Positions 25,801-39,115 of a DNA stretch of 64,000 nt are shown here, piece by piece (the first letter of the stretch is position 1; each line of letters opens with the position of its first letter). Position numbers and translations under genes: made by a program. Below the pieces are notes generated by a model that saw only the letters and a list, made by a program, of their open reading frames with translations, made no database searches and was not told the origin of the DNA. This DNA comes from Nymphaea colorata (Eukaryota), in NCBI RefSeq assembly GCF_008831285.2, contig NC_045138.2:10292001-10356000 (forward strand), read 5' to 3'.

Positions 25801-26849
25801 CAAAGTGTAAATTTAAATTCTTATTTTTCTTGGCCTAAAATCTACTAAGTTCAAAGCCAAGTATTCTGTCCAAGATTGAAATTATATATGTGGCCTACAA
25901 CCTGAATCCATTTTTAAAATTTTTTTCCTTAAAAAGTCTCATAATATGAATGTTTTCTAAGAAAAAAAGATGTCCTTTAAATAAATGAAGCCTTAGATGC
26001 ATGTGATTATTGAATACTCTTGGATGAATGTTTTGGTGGAAAAACATATAGAATTCATGCAATCATGCATATGCAAGTACTTATGGAATTCACAAATGTT
26101 CATAAGCACTCATTTAAAGGGCTTAAAAAGGAAGAGATGAAGCTCTAATTACATAGTAACCGAATTAGACTAAAATTTTGAACCTGCCTAATATTTCAAA
26201 TGGATACACTAGCCAACCAAATTAATAAAAACCAAATCTAACTTTATTTATCTTCAAAGATTTTCAAAAAGATTAAAGGTTTTTGTCAAATCATGATTTA
26301 TTAACCACATGTTATTTCATCCAAAATATTGGATTGCTTTGTCACATAGATCTTACAACTTGTTTCTTTCTAAGGGATTACAAAATATTTTTTTATTTAA
26401 AAAAATTATGATTTCATCTTTTCTTCACTTTATAAAACTTTAAACTTCTAAAAGTCTTACTATGCATCACATCACATATAGGCCAAAGATAATGTTTAAA
26501 AAGAATATAAAAATGCACCGAGAATGAGCACAGTCATTGCTTTATTTACCCTGGTAAAGCCGTTTGGAACGGCTCATCCTTGTACCAACAGGCGGGCCTT
26601 TTTTTTTTTTTTACTTTCAAAAACAGATTATGCATGGTGAAACCAAAATCAATTTTGCAAAAGCAAACAGATGGAGGCCATTATGAGACCTGTCATTTTT
26701 TAGCTATGTGCAACCTCATAGCATTTTTATTTAAATATTGTCATTATTGCTGGCATTAAGCACACACCTTTTAACCTTGACCATGTCGGCATGGCATATA
26801 CTACTCGGTACGTTTGGTTATATGAATGCACTTGCTTTCTTTGTATCTA

Positions 26850-27560
26850 TAATTAATTGAGGAGGATCAATTATATTCACCTAGGTTTACGGTTAAAGAC
26901 AACCATCTTCAAATTATCTCACAAGAGTATCCCTATTATGAGAGATCTTTTCCGTGAAGGTGATTGACTAGTTCTCTGAATCATGAAATCTAGTCTTCTT
27001 CAATGAAACATTCTTTTAAAGGGGAGAGACTTTGCCTACAAAGTATCGCTCTTCATTAAACCTCAAATAATTAACCATCTTGCAAGAGGAAAGTCTTAGG
27101 TATTGCTGTTGAATTATTGAACTGTATTGGTTCTTTGATTTGTATTTCATACTGGTGAAATGTAGGAACTAGTTTCCCCGACTGATTACCACAACTTGAT
27201 GCGGCTCTTATTCATTGCAAGGTTGGATGTACTTTTGCAAGTGGTAAGGAAGCGGGGTGACCACTATGATTGTTGTCTTTCCATTGTTGGGAAAGTGGTT
27301 CTTCATGACTTCGGGAGTGTTATAATCATCTGCTTCAAGATCTTTGTCAATAAAACTTCGAATGATATTCTTGTGGACAAAGCAGTCCTTAGTGTTATGA
27401 CCAAGTGCATGATGAAACTTGAAAACTTATGTTGTCATTTCTCATCATTCTTGGTGGATTTGAAACTTTAGGCAGCATGATAGTTTCTTTGGAGATGAGG
27501 TATTCCAAAATCTTCTCATAGGGTTGGTTGAATGGGGTAAGCTTTATGCCATATATCCAA
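26850..27560 (-). mobile_element. Decayed Ogre/Tat gypsy gag C-terminus and protease remnant
   Basis: Minus strand LTPFNQPYEKILEYLISK...FHHALGHNTKDCFVHKNIIRSFID resembles the Tat/Ogre C..H...GH.T.DC..LK..I..LI motif. Confidence 0.6.
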
Positions 27561-29118
27561 TTTGGGTGTTTATTAAGTCCTGGTTTCTGATCTTTTATAG
27601 TGTGAACTTAACTCAACTACAGGGCAGGTTGGGATCGGCAAGACCAAACACTTGGTTAGGTTTGAGCTTAGTTAACATAGTATCTTAACATCATAATTCA
27701 TCATGCATATATTTAGCTGTAACCAGGTTCATCATAAAATCCTAGAAAATCAGCTGTTGGGTAATTCGTGCTAAAATAATTAAATAGGGACATTAACCAG
27801 GGCTTCTAACACACACACACACACACACACACACATATGCTATCACATTACTATATATGCATAATATTCTCCACCTTAGTTCGATGCCTAACCCAGTGAA
27901 CACATACATAAACTAGCATATAATACATTATCGACATTAATGTGCTTATTTCAACATTTGAAAACACATTAAATATATGATGAAACACATACATTTGATG
28001 AGTGTGTCCCCTTTAAGGTCGACCAAGTTTGAGTACTGAATTTGTCTCCCAATTCAACTGCAACGACAGCTAAAAACTAACCCAATTAACTAATGAATGG
28101 CTCCTATAACATCAAACTGGTTATAGGAAACCAGTACTTATAAACCTCTACAAGATTCTCAATCTCAGGAACATAAGACTGCTTTTATTCCTTTAAATTT
28201 GATGATAACGGTGTAGATCCAAGTGCTGAATTTGAATGTGATATCAATTGTAATGACCCAGTCCAAAACACACCAAATGTGTAGTCTGGCAGGTCTCAAC
28301 CTGCTTTTTAGCATACAACTCTGCTTACACCATAAGAAGAAGGTTAGGAACAAGGACAACATAGTGGGGTACTAAGATTTTTAAGCCCCCTTTATATTTT
28401 CTCAGTATTATTAATATGCGGCTATTACACAAGTAAATTAGCTAGGTGGAAGATATCAACTATTATGTCAAGCGTATTTGAGAATATTTGCAAGTTAAGC
28501 ATCTTCAGGGTATATACTTGTGGGTTGTGTATTATAATATTATGATGTGCTTCCATTCATAGGATTTTCAGCTGTAAATTGAAGAGATGGGTTGGCATGG
28601 GTGAAATTGATACCTGAACAAGTTTAATTAGGTTATCGGGTTATTAAATAGAAAACATGAATACATTTTGTTTCCAAGTTATGTATGATCTTAATTATTC
28701 AATTGCTCTAAAACCATTTGATAAATATTTCAAAAAATACTAGTAAATTTGAATTAAGGAGATGGTCTAGCTGGCTACTGAACACAAAATAAGTTTTAAA
28801 TTGCATTATTTTTTTGAACATAAGAAGGCCAATAGATATCCATGGTTCACGACATATCAAAGCTTGTTGATCAGTTACGATATTTTCTCGAAAAATGGTC
28901 AGGAAGCCAATCTATTCATCAATCAACCCATGCAGCCAAACTACGTGGATTATCTATCAGTAAACTTTGTGCGCACATAATTATATGAAAGCACGTACAC
29001 ACACACAAACATATATATATAATGAAAATATCTTGAAAATTTGAGGTTCAGAATGAAGTATATGAGCTCAAGGGCATAACAAAAACTGCAGGAACATCAT
29101 CCGCTTCGCTCTCTCTCC

Positions 29119-29120
<2 letters not shown>

Positions 29121-29213
<93 letters not shown>
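29121..29213. repeat. (TA)n(TG)n microsatellite
   Basis: Read directly. Confidence 0.95.
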
Positions 29214-29215
<2 letters not shown>

Positions 29216-29225
29216 CCTTGGTCAA

Positions 29226-29570
29226 AACCAGATCACATGGGTAAGAGACAAAAACCAGACCCATTAAAATTAATTATTATTATTATTATTTGTAAATATC
29301 AAACCTTTTAGATATGATCCTAAGAGTGATTTAGTGAAAAACATAGATTAAGTTAGTTGTTTTCTTACTTGAATAACGGCTTTTCAATAATAAACAATTG
29401 AACCGTTCTTATAACATCAAAGTTTTGATAGTACAAATATACAAAACTTAATGACTTGAAGTAAAGTATGATTTTTATTAACACAGTATTTATAAATATA
29501 TTAGAAGGTAAAACACTTTTTAACACAAATTTAAGAGGACTCATTTTTATCCCTTACCCAAATGATCTGG

Positions 29571-29572
<2 letters not shown>
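29226..29572. mobile_element. Microsatellite-embedded MITE with TIRs
   Basis: AACCAGATCACATGGGTAAGAGACAAAAA vs TTTTTATCCCTTACCCAAATGATCTGGTT; flanked by (TA)/(TG) tracts. Confidence 0.75.
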
Positions 29573-29630
<58 letters not shown>

Positions 29631-29650
29631 CCCTTACCCAAATGATCTGG

Positions 29651-29688
<38 letters not shown>

Positions 29689-30593
29689 AAATATGAAATA
29701 ATAAATCATGAAATGCAAATTAGCTTGAATTTTATGAGCTCAAAATGTTAGCATTGTTAGTTGTAAATTCTTACAAAAATCTAACGTAGGGAATGCCTTT
29801 TGATGACGTATTTGGTGAAATAAATGGGTAGGTGGTGCCGACTTTAGCGTGTTGGGTATTATTGGTAAGGAGTAGTTCCGTCGTACGGGCAGTGTGTCGA
29901 GTATGTGCATGCCCTATAAGACAACACCGTCATGAAGTTCTAGAGCCCATGTCGAGTGGACCCATTTTTTATTTACTTCTCGGCCTGGACTCGCCATTTA
30001 ATCGGCTACTCGTCGACCATGTCAGTAGATGGTTGACTGGTCTTCCCTCTACTTAAATGTTATTTACTTTTAATCTCTTAAGTTGGCCTTTAAATTATGA
30101 ATAGGTTTGTTGTTTTAAAGTTCCATCTTCAATTGCTTGGCCTGCGGGGACATCATAGCGGAGCTGTATCCATTGACCAGGTCCCTGTAGATGTCAGCGC
30201 TTCTTATCTTAACAAGACTTGTTGAGGCCCTTCCCAATGCATCACCTTTTTGACAAGTGATTTCTCTTACCAAAATCAGCATACCAGGTAAATGTCGCCT
30301 ACCCAGGCTCTATCCATTTAAAAGTTAGCCACATGGTTGTACTCTTGGCAGCCAAAAACTTTAGCAATCCGTTCATCCCCAATGACATAATCGCTAATTT
30401 TCTGTATGCACGCTAGCTTTATAATGAGAGTTTTAAACTAATAACACTCCTAACACTGTTACGTTATGCACTAGTATCAATACCATTATATGTATGACCA
30501 AAAGCTCATATTAAGCATGTGGAAAATTGCATTTTTAAAATCAACTGCAATTATCACTTTATAGTTGACACTTTCCTTTTAAGTTGACTACTT

Positions 30594-30819
30594 AGGAGCG
30601 GTGGAGTTAATAATTTTTTCTCGAGGTTGCCAAACGATGCATACAATATTTGTCAAAGTTTTGACAGGGGCCATACTACTTTCAAAATGTTTGCAGTGGC
30701 CAAATAGAAAGTTTTCAAAATATAACCACCAAAATTTGGTTTTGCAGAATCATGGTTTGGTTATTTTTTGGGAGGGAGAGGGTGGGTGTTGCTGCCAGCC
30801 CCCTAGCTTCACCCGTCCT
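30594..30819. mobile_element. Old MITE with GGCGGAGCTA-like TIRs
   Basis: AGGAGCGGTGGAGTTA...TAGCTTCACCCGTCCT ends, AT-rich core. Confidence 0.4.
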
Positions 30820-31239
30820 TGTTTAGCAAAATTCAGTGGTAGATAATAATGCACAATTTTTACTTATACACACACACACACCCCACTCTGCTTCGGCCAC
30901 TGATGCATCATGCTGTACAACATAAGTAGCGGGAAGGGGGCAGGAATTGATAATGCTCTAGAAAGCTTTAGAAAAGCAAGGTTACATTATTGGAGTGTTC
31001 TTTGGAGATGTCGGTAGCCAGTCGAGCCAAGTTGTGAATACATGCCTATTCCCCAGAACCACAACCAAAACCTTGATAACTCAAAGTTTGCTCAAGTTCC
31101 TTAGTCATGTCTACCCCTCTAGAACCCATATCTTCCCATCTGGATGGACCACTAAAAGAAGAGAAAATATGAGAAATCATCCTCTAGTGCTACTTACTTC
31201 TAATCTTAATACATATATATACGTGTGTGTGTGTGGAAA

Positions 31240-31578
31240 GTAGCTATCAGACCCTCATATTCCAGAATTTGATGAGAATCATTTGGGTCATTGATTACAA
31301 ACAAGTCAGATGGTGGAAGTTGAACTGCAAATTTAGAAGCCAAACTATTTTTTTAAGAGTCTAAAATACCCTTCGAAGAAAATAAAGGGCTTCCTTTGAG
31401 GAAGCTCATTTGTTTCTCTCTCTTTCAATTCTTTTGAAGGATATTTTAAACTTTTGAAAAAACAATATGACTTTTATATTTGCAACTTAAAATTTACCAT
31501 ATGATTTTCTTGGAATCAAATGCCCAGATGATTCCCATCATGTCTAGTATATGAGGGTCTGAATCATCTTATAGCTAC
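31240..31578. mobile_element. Foldback (Mutator-like) MITE with ~145-bp inverted arms
   Basis: Left arm GTAGCTAT..CAGACCCTCATAT..GATGAGAATCATTTGGG...AAAATACCCTTC is mirrored in the right arm; flanked by (TG)n and (CT)n. Confidence 0.78.
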
Positions 31579-32049
31579 CTCTCTCTCTCTCTCTCTCTCC
31601 AACTAACTGACTCTATCACTCTCTTTTTATGTTGAGATTTTTTATTCTATAAATTTAGCAAAAATCTAACAATTGAGATTAATGCATCACTTGTGTGTAC
31701 ATTTGGTAATACTTATATTATGAAAACAGACATATATATAAAAGCATTAATTTGAGTTTGTTTCCTTTGCCATTGATTTCACAATCAAGCTCAGTAATCT
31801 TATTAATCTAACGGTTAGTCGGGTCACTTATTAAGCTAACTTGGTTCATTTAGTAGATTTGAAACTCCTGATTGCAGGGATGATTTAATACAAAGAAATA
31901 TGCCGCTGAAACTCGGGTGCCATTATTGGGTTGTGGGCTTAATTGATAAGAGACAAACCTCTCCTCCGGGCAAGATCATGTTCCAAAGAGAAGCTGTAGG
32001 GGACCCCAATAATTTTATTGCCAAAAAATTATATTTTACAATATTAAAA

Positions 32050-33400
32050 ATGGGGGCTTGAAGGGCTCTTTAGCTTTGCATATGGACACAGAAAGGGTCC
32101 CAGACCTTGTCACTTACTTCTTATTCACAAAAAAGTTTATGAGGGTTAGAATAGTCAGCAGGTGAACCGCTTAGATTGCAGAGGACTCCTTGCTAACAGA
32201 AATCACCATGTTCTTCGAACAAATTTCCTCCAATGGATAGCTCATTGAGTGAAGCCCTTTAGTAGCAGCTTCCAGATGATTGCCTCATAATTGATGATTA
32301 CATTGAATGTGTATAGGTCCCAATTCCTATTCCAATGTTCAAAATCTCATTGATGCAAGCTATATATAACCCTACCTTCATGCCATCTGAGAGCCCGATA
32401 CAACATTTTGTCTTCCATGTTCTTCACAAAGTCATGTTACTCTAGTGCTGCTTTAAACATAGGTGACAACCAAATGAATATTGCTTGGAGTGTCATGTTG
32501 CCAATACCAACATAGTTGGATAATATGATACTGCAGCCAGTCAACAACAATCAACTTATCTCTAGGCTGCATTCCCAAAATAAAAAGTGTTTGTGGAATG
32601 CCTTCCATGCTGCAGTTTTAACATCCAAAGAAATCTCCCTGCATTCTGCAGCACTTTTTTGCATCTTTCAAATAAGCTGGACTATCAAATGAAAAACATC
32701 CTTCCAATATTTGGATAGCAAGTCAGACTTTAATATGCTTTGGAACTTCCACAGCCTAGTAAGGGGCCCTCTTCTACAACCAAATTGCTTGACAATAAAA
32801 TCCACGATGTTACGTGAAATGCAACACCTAAACAACATATGTGTCTCCTCCTTGACTACGTTGAGATAACTATGAGATGTGTGTGAATGTTCTCATCTTT
32901 TGAGCTCTACAGTCAAATGGCAACATACATTCCAACTGGTGTATAATGTTTAGTTGGCTCTAGGAAGGCTACGACAGGTCATGTACACCTTCTCCAGCAT
33001 TCCATCAGTGCCTTAGTTCTGAGTTCTTCTTAGATGGTTTTCCTGTCAATTGTGTTATTAGGCAGTTGTCACCAAGTTAAACAAAATCCTCCACCTATTT
33101 GTTTAAAGATGGAATTGTGAGGTTATGTTCAATTGCCTGCAAAAATCAATGGTTCCATGTTGATCCCCATAGAGCATGTCAAAGATTGAAGAAGACTTAA
33201 CAACTTTAATGAGATGATACATCTCACTAGGGGCTGAGCAAAGAAGTGGAGGGCCCTGCCATGCATCTCTTGGCTGAAAAAATGTTCTGCCATATGGGTG
33301 AGTAGCTAGGACAATAGTTAGTTGTCCATGGGTTTTTTGATCTATGTATTTTGGTTGGACGTGCTTCGACTATAGAGGGTCTTTTTGAAGGCACACCAAT
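32050..33400 (-). mobile_element. Possible decayed LINE ORF2 3' region (zf-RVT/RNase H)
   Basis: Minus strand EETHMLFRCCISRNI resembles the L1 zinc finger ET..HLLF.C..S..IW; NHLEAATKGL resembles RNase H; many stops. Confidence 0.4.
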
Positions 33401-33719
33401 GCAGCAAGAGAAGCAACATTAAACTTAGATATACGTATCAGACCTATGTCATCTTCAGGTTGAAGGTGACACAAGCAAGACCAGCAAAACATATGCCTAT
33501 TATGCACTCCTTAAATATCATTTCATAGAAAGTTAGTGTAGGCCCATTCTACCTGATGAACTGGATTGGGTGGGAATTTAAGCACAATCCCATAATATTG
33601 AGGCATGAAGGTGAGAACATATTCAATTAAGCAGGCATGCCCAATATTAAGGATTGAAGGTGAGAACATATTGAAAGAAGCATATCAAATTATACTATGT
33701 TCACATTAGATTGAGCTTC

Positions 33720-35001
33720 AAAAATAACCATTTTGCCGGTCCATGTGGCTGACATTATATTGACAGGAGATGACAATGTTAACATGTTCTAAGTCAAAGA
33801 ATATCTAAACAAGCAGTTTAAGATAAACGATCTCGGGAAGCTACAATACTTCATGGGCATTGAAGTTGCACAATCAGAAATGGAGATCTTTATTTGCTAG
33901 AGAAAGTATACTTTGGATCTTTTAAAAAAAGAAACCAGTTACATGGGAACCAAGGGCTGTTGACATTCCGATGGAAATGAACTGTAAGCTAAAAAAGAAG
34001 AAGGTGACATTTGTGGAAAATGTTCAAAGCTTTCAAATCCTTGTCAGAAAACTGATTTATCTCACTGTGAACAGACCTGATATTACACGTGATGTGAACC
34101 TTATCAACCAATTCATGCACAAGCCTACATCCACTCATATTGAGGCAGCTCACAAAATCTTGAAATATTTAAAGGTGACCCCTAGAAAAGGAATTATAAT
34201 GAGGCAAAATGACTACATTGATATCGTTAGCTATGCAGGCACAAACTGGGCAAGTGATCCAAATGATAGACGGTCCACCTCAAGATATTGCACATTTGTA
34301 GGTGAAAATCTGGTTTCATGGAAAAGTAAAAGATAGTCAGTCATTGCTAGATCAAGCGCGAGGCAGAGTACAAGGCTTTTGTTGAAAGATATGAAAGTTG
34401 AAATTAAAGGACCAATGAAACTCATGTATGATAATATGGCGGCAATTCATAATAGTGCCAATCCAGTTTTCTATGAATGAACTAAAGATATAGAAGTTGA
34501 ATGTCATTTTGTCAAAAAAAAAGTTGAAGATGGAATTATTGAGACTCCTCATGTTAGAAGTAAAAGCCAGCTAGCTAGTTGATATATTCACAAAGTTGAC
34601 AAAGGCCCTCAAAAAATTGAAGCATAACAACTTATCCAACAAGTTGGGGCAGATTGACATATGTATACCAAATTGAGAGGGGGGGGGGATTTTTATGCAA
34701 TTTTAGGTGTTGTATTCACTCCTCATGTCAGGATCTAAAGCCATTGAGAGAGGGAAGTTGAAAATTCTTTTGAAAATCTAACATTCTTAGGAAGTATTAC
34801 ACCCGCCTCATTCTCTCTTCCTGTCGTTGTAATGTACCATTGTCATAACAGAGCCTCAATATATAATATCGATGTATTGACGACAGATTGTAATAAGAAA
34901 CTCTTCCCTTTTCTACCATGGATGTAGGTTGTGAATGCCGAACCACATAATATTCTTTGTTCCTTGCTGATTGTGTGGTTGTTTTCCCATTATCTTGTCA
35001 C
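33720..35001 (+). mobile_element. Decayed copia RT-RNase H with PPT and probable 3' LTR
   Basis: DIILTGDD, DLGKLQYFMGIEVA, LIYLTVNRPDI, DRRSTSRYCTFVGENLVSWKSK; PPT GAGAGGGGGGGG ~34675-34688; LTR-typical GATGTAGG..CCGAACCAC ~34921-34946. Confidence 0.8.
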
Positions 35002-35002
35002 A

Positions 35003-35420
35003 TAAACTTGTTTCTACTTACACATTTTTGTACACATGCAATCTACAAGCGAAAATTCTTTATTCGTTTTTGAACGTTGTACTAGACTATTTTAAAATTA
35101 AAACTCATGTATTGATCCATATATAAGGACATGGCATTACCGTTCGGTGAGACACCTTGTGTCTTTTTTATTCTTTCACAACACAATGAAGAGGTGGGGG
35201 TCTTCCACCATGAAAGAAATCCTAAAGTCTATCAAATCCGAAGTCCCATGAGACACTTTCTCCATCGATCAGTTATAAGAAATGTGCAGTGTAAACTTGT
35301 TTCTACACGTTTCTGTCCACATGCAATCTACAAACTAAAATTCTTCGTTCATTTTTGAATGTTTACTACATTTTTAAAATTAAAGCTCATTTATTGATCC
35401 ATATATAAGCACATGACATT
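35003..35420 (+). repeat. Pair of ~130-bp diverged direct repeats (35003-35138 and 35292-35420)
   Basis: Both copies run from TAAACTTGTTTCTAC to ATTGATCCATATATAAG.ACATG.CATT. Confidence 0.8.
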
Positions 35421-35902
35421 TCATATTTCCTCATTTACATTTGTGTAAAGTACTTATACCTTTTCGTTTACTTCATGAGTTTAATTTAGACATTGTACTT
35501 TCTTGCGGTTACTCAAGATTTTACTTACATATCCATAAATACATTGTAATTACACTACCTATATTAAACTTTAACATATTAAACCTATAAAAAATATGCC
35601 TCAAACATAGGGGTGACCAACCACTAGATATTGACTTTATCAAGGCCTTCAAATTATCTCAGGTCTACTTCTTAACCATTTGGATAGAAGTTCTGTGGGC
35701 AAGGATCTTAATATATCTTACTTGGGGTTGTTGACAGGACTTTTCTCCTGCTCTTAACTTAACTTAAATCTGGCATAAAAGGGATCAAAATTATATTGCT
35801 CTAATGGGTGAATTGTAAAATGCTTGGAGTATGCCACAAGAACTGGTAAAAAGCTTAAATCAAGGTGCCGAAACCTTAACGCGATTTACTTGGAGATGGT
35901 CT

Positions 35903-35985
35903 CAAGGGACGTGGTGTAGCTGGTTAAGGTAAGAACGTGTTGTGATGTGATCAAGTTCAATTTCTATGGAAACTGTCTCTTGATG
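35903..35985 (+). mobile_element. Possible tRNA-derived SINE head, Au-like
   Basis: Box A-like TGGTGTAGCTGG 35912-35923; box B-like GTTCAATTT 35955-35963; then GGAAACTGTCTCTTG, similar to the Au SINE consensus as recalled. Confidence 0.4.
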
Positions 35986-38900
35986 AACTTAAGTGGTGAA
36001 CATGATACCTATGCTGAAGGGTGTACTATTGCAATTGTTGATGCCAACATATCATAGAATTTGAGGGCTTTTGGGTTCTTTTTAGTTGAGTGCATGGTGG
36101 GTTGTAATCAAGATCAGACTAATATCCTTTTGAACTAAATTTTGTCCATTCGATCGACCTCAAGTGTCACACGAAGGCTGGCGGCGATAACGTGGTTTTG
36201 TAGTCAAGCCCCATTCAACCTCGACAATAAAAAGTCAATCTTCGTCCAGTGAAAGCTGGAAACTTTTGCACATCTGTTGCCTTCTGGAAGGCTCTATTCG
36301 TTTGTCCGAAATTGTTCATTGGCCTTATTATTCCAACCTTTTCAAAGCGATCCCTCACCAACGCACCGGAAGGCCGAAGCCTTGTTTGCCCTCCACCTAC
36401 GCTGCACATGGAAGTTTTGAAAGCTAGATTTCCAGAATAAATAACAGTACAAGGAATATGAAGCTTCTTCGGGCAATATTGCAATTGGAACGGTAAGCAA
36501 TTTTGACATGTCATTCACAGAGGTTCTTTCAACACAATACGGTTTTTTTTTTTTTAAAGAATATGCTAACTTTAAGCACACCGGTACTCGTTTATGCCAA
36601 TGAATACATCTGATTAGGCTACACCTTGGCTGAGTTCGTGGCAGACCAGGCATGTCCGAACCTGAACTAATCACCTTGATATGTAGGGCAAGACCGGGCA
36701 GGACCTGAGCTCAAGCCAGTCCTAACGGAGCTTAGATAAAGCCAGCTCGTTAAGAATGCCGTTTAATTACCTGCTGACCGACCCTGATTGATAACTGTTC
36801 TTTGCTCATATAATATTATCATTGTATTATTTTTAAAAAACTTAATAAGTATGTTCAAGCTTAATTGAGAAAGTTCGAGTTGAAGCCAGAAAACAGATCA
36901 CGTGGTCTGGTAGACCGGGCGGCTGAGAGATGATCGATATTTAGACAGGTTCTGTAAGCTCAAGTCAGGCCATAATGGGTCGGTCCCAACACCAGCTTGG
37001 AGCCATATTTCTCAATAATACATAGATCTAGCTAGATGCACCTATGTATGCATTGGATTATGAGTGAGTAGGAGGTTAATAACCACTATTCAGAAAAAAC
37101 CCAAATGGCCCTCAATTCCCTTTATTTTTGAGGTCATGGGCAGCATCGAGACCTGAATGAGTTATGGTACATCCATCAAATGGAGTGTTGTGATCCCATC
37201 ATTTATAGTCCATGAGAGTAGCACCCAGGCGACACACTTTCTAAGCACCAGTTTACTCAACCAGATATACTATGTCCCTTAAAAGACATAATTTCAAATT
37301 CTTAAATTTCTGTCAACTTAGAGTTCTTAGTTCAAAAAGGCTTAGTAGGTAGTAAGTATTGATGAAAAATGGCATATACTTTTGTAAAAATAATTTAACA
37401 AACTTCTCTTTGAAAGAAAGCGAATTGTCAACAAGTTTGTTTCATATAAAGTAGTCAACAAGTTGTTTCATAGTACTCCGGCTGAGGGGAGAAATATGGA
37501 TGGTAGGAGACTTCGCACTAAAGAAATATCGCATTGTCATCAAATTGGTTATCTCATACAAAGCATTGAACACCTCCTCGAAAGAACAGGCGGTTGGGGA
37601 GGTCTTGTTGAAAAAAGTAAAACCAACTGACACAACCTCAAGTTTCAATATTCCGACCCTTTGCATCGTAAACTTCCACGGTAAAGCTCTTACAAGGAGG
37701 GATCGGACAAGGACGCACTACGATTGCATCATTTTTGTAAAATTACTTTTCAGTTTTCCTTTTGTTCTCGTTCTAATGTAGTCAGCACCTTAATTTCTAA
37801 ATATAAATATATTCACAAATCAGACGTAGCTTTTGGATGTTTTAACAAAATGTTGAAATTTTTTAAACTAATGGTTTTTCAGTTATTATAAAATATAATT
37901 GACACATAAAAACCTAGTAAGCTTAGGAGTGGGCCGCGTGGCGTTCGCAGTAACGGGATCATCACATTTTTGTCGTCGAAAGTTTGGAAAAACACTCGAA
38001 CTAAACCGACTTCCACAGTGCAATTGCAAGTTTTCCGTGCAGAATTACGTACATTTCTTGAGGCTCTTGCCCACAAGCAGCTGAGGAAGTTGACTAGAAT
38101 TATTAGTTTGATCATTTGAACAGTTTTTCACAGTAACGCTTTTGTATTTTTTTCCCTTGCCAGATAACCCAAAAGAACAAGTGACAATTCGCTAATTTCT
38201 TCGTTATATAATCAGTGCAGCTGTTTTACGAAGGAATTAATTGCGGCTATCGAATTGATGCCACAATAGTGACTGATATTCCGATTGCAATAAATAAATT
38301 TATTCCCCGTTTCAATTTTTTTTTATGCAATTTCTAACTTTTTCCAAAAGAAATTTCAACTCTTTTTGAGCCTTAATTTTAACCCGAGACGTCACTCTCA
38401 GGATTTTCAGTTTCATAATTATCGAAGACCTAGCCGTTAGATTGTCCTCACACTAAGAAGACCAGGGCCACTGTATGGCTGCTCTCTCTCTCTCTTCGAT
38501 TCAAGTGGAACAGTGGAGTCTCAGAACAGAGATGCCACTGTCCCTACCGTTCGTTCAACCAATCATTGACGACCGTATAGTTTTTACTGCTCCTGTTAAA
38601 TACATCACAACTTATATTTAATGATGTTATTCTGAACATAAATAAGCACAAAATTTGTATTCTACTACTTGGAAACGGTAGAATGCAATAGGCAAAGAGG
38701 GCTCTCGCTCTTTCTCTTCTACAGTGCATTAGGCAAAGAATTCTCTCTCCTCTCTCTCTCTCTCTCTCTACAGTCCATATACACAACGCTAGCTTACACA
38801 AGGCTTATCAAAATATCCCTCTCTTCAAAAAGGAGAAAAACTTGCACCCTAAACGCTTCTTATCTCATGTGGCGGAGAGAGGGTTTGAGAGACTGTGTTC

Positions 38901-39115
38901 TTCTGAATCTGTGTGGGGATTGATTTTGATGCTGAGGGAGGAGAAATCGGTTTGTGGGTCTTACTCGCTACGATCTAATTTCTTGTGTTGAGCCTCCTTC
39001 GATAGCCTCCTATTTCTTCCTTCGCTTCCTTTCTGTCTCTTTCTGATCGGGTTCCGCCATTAAAAAGGTAGAGCTGGCAAGCAAGTGGTGGGAGAGAAGG
39101 CTTGATGTGGGAGCC

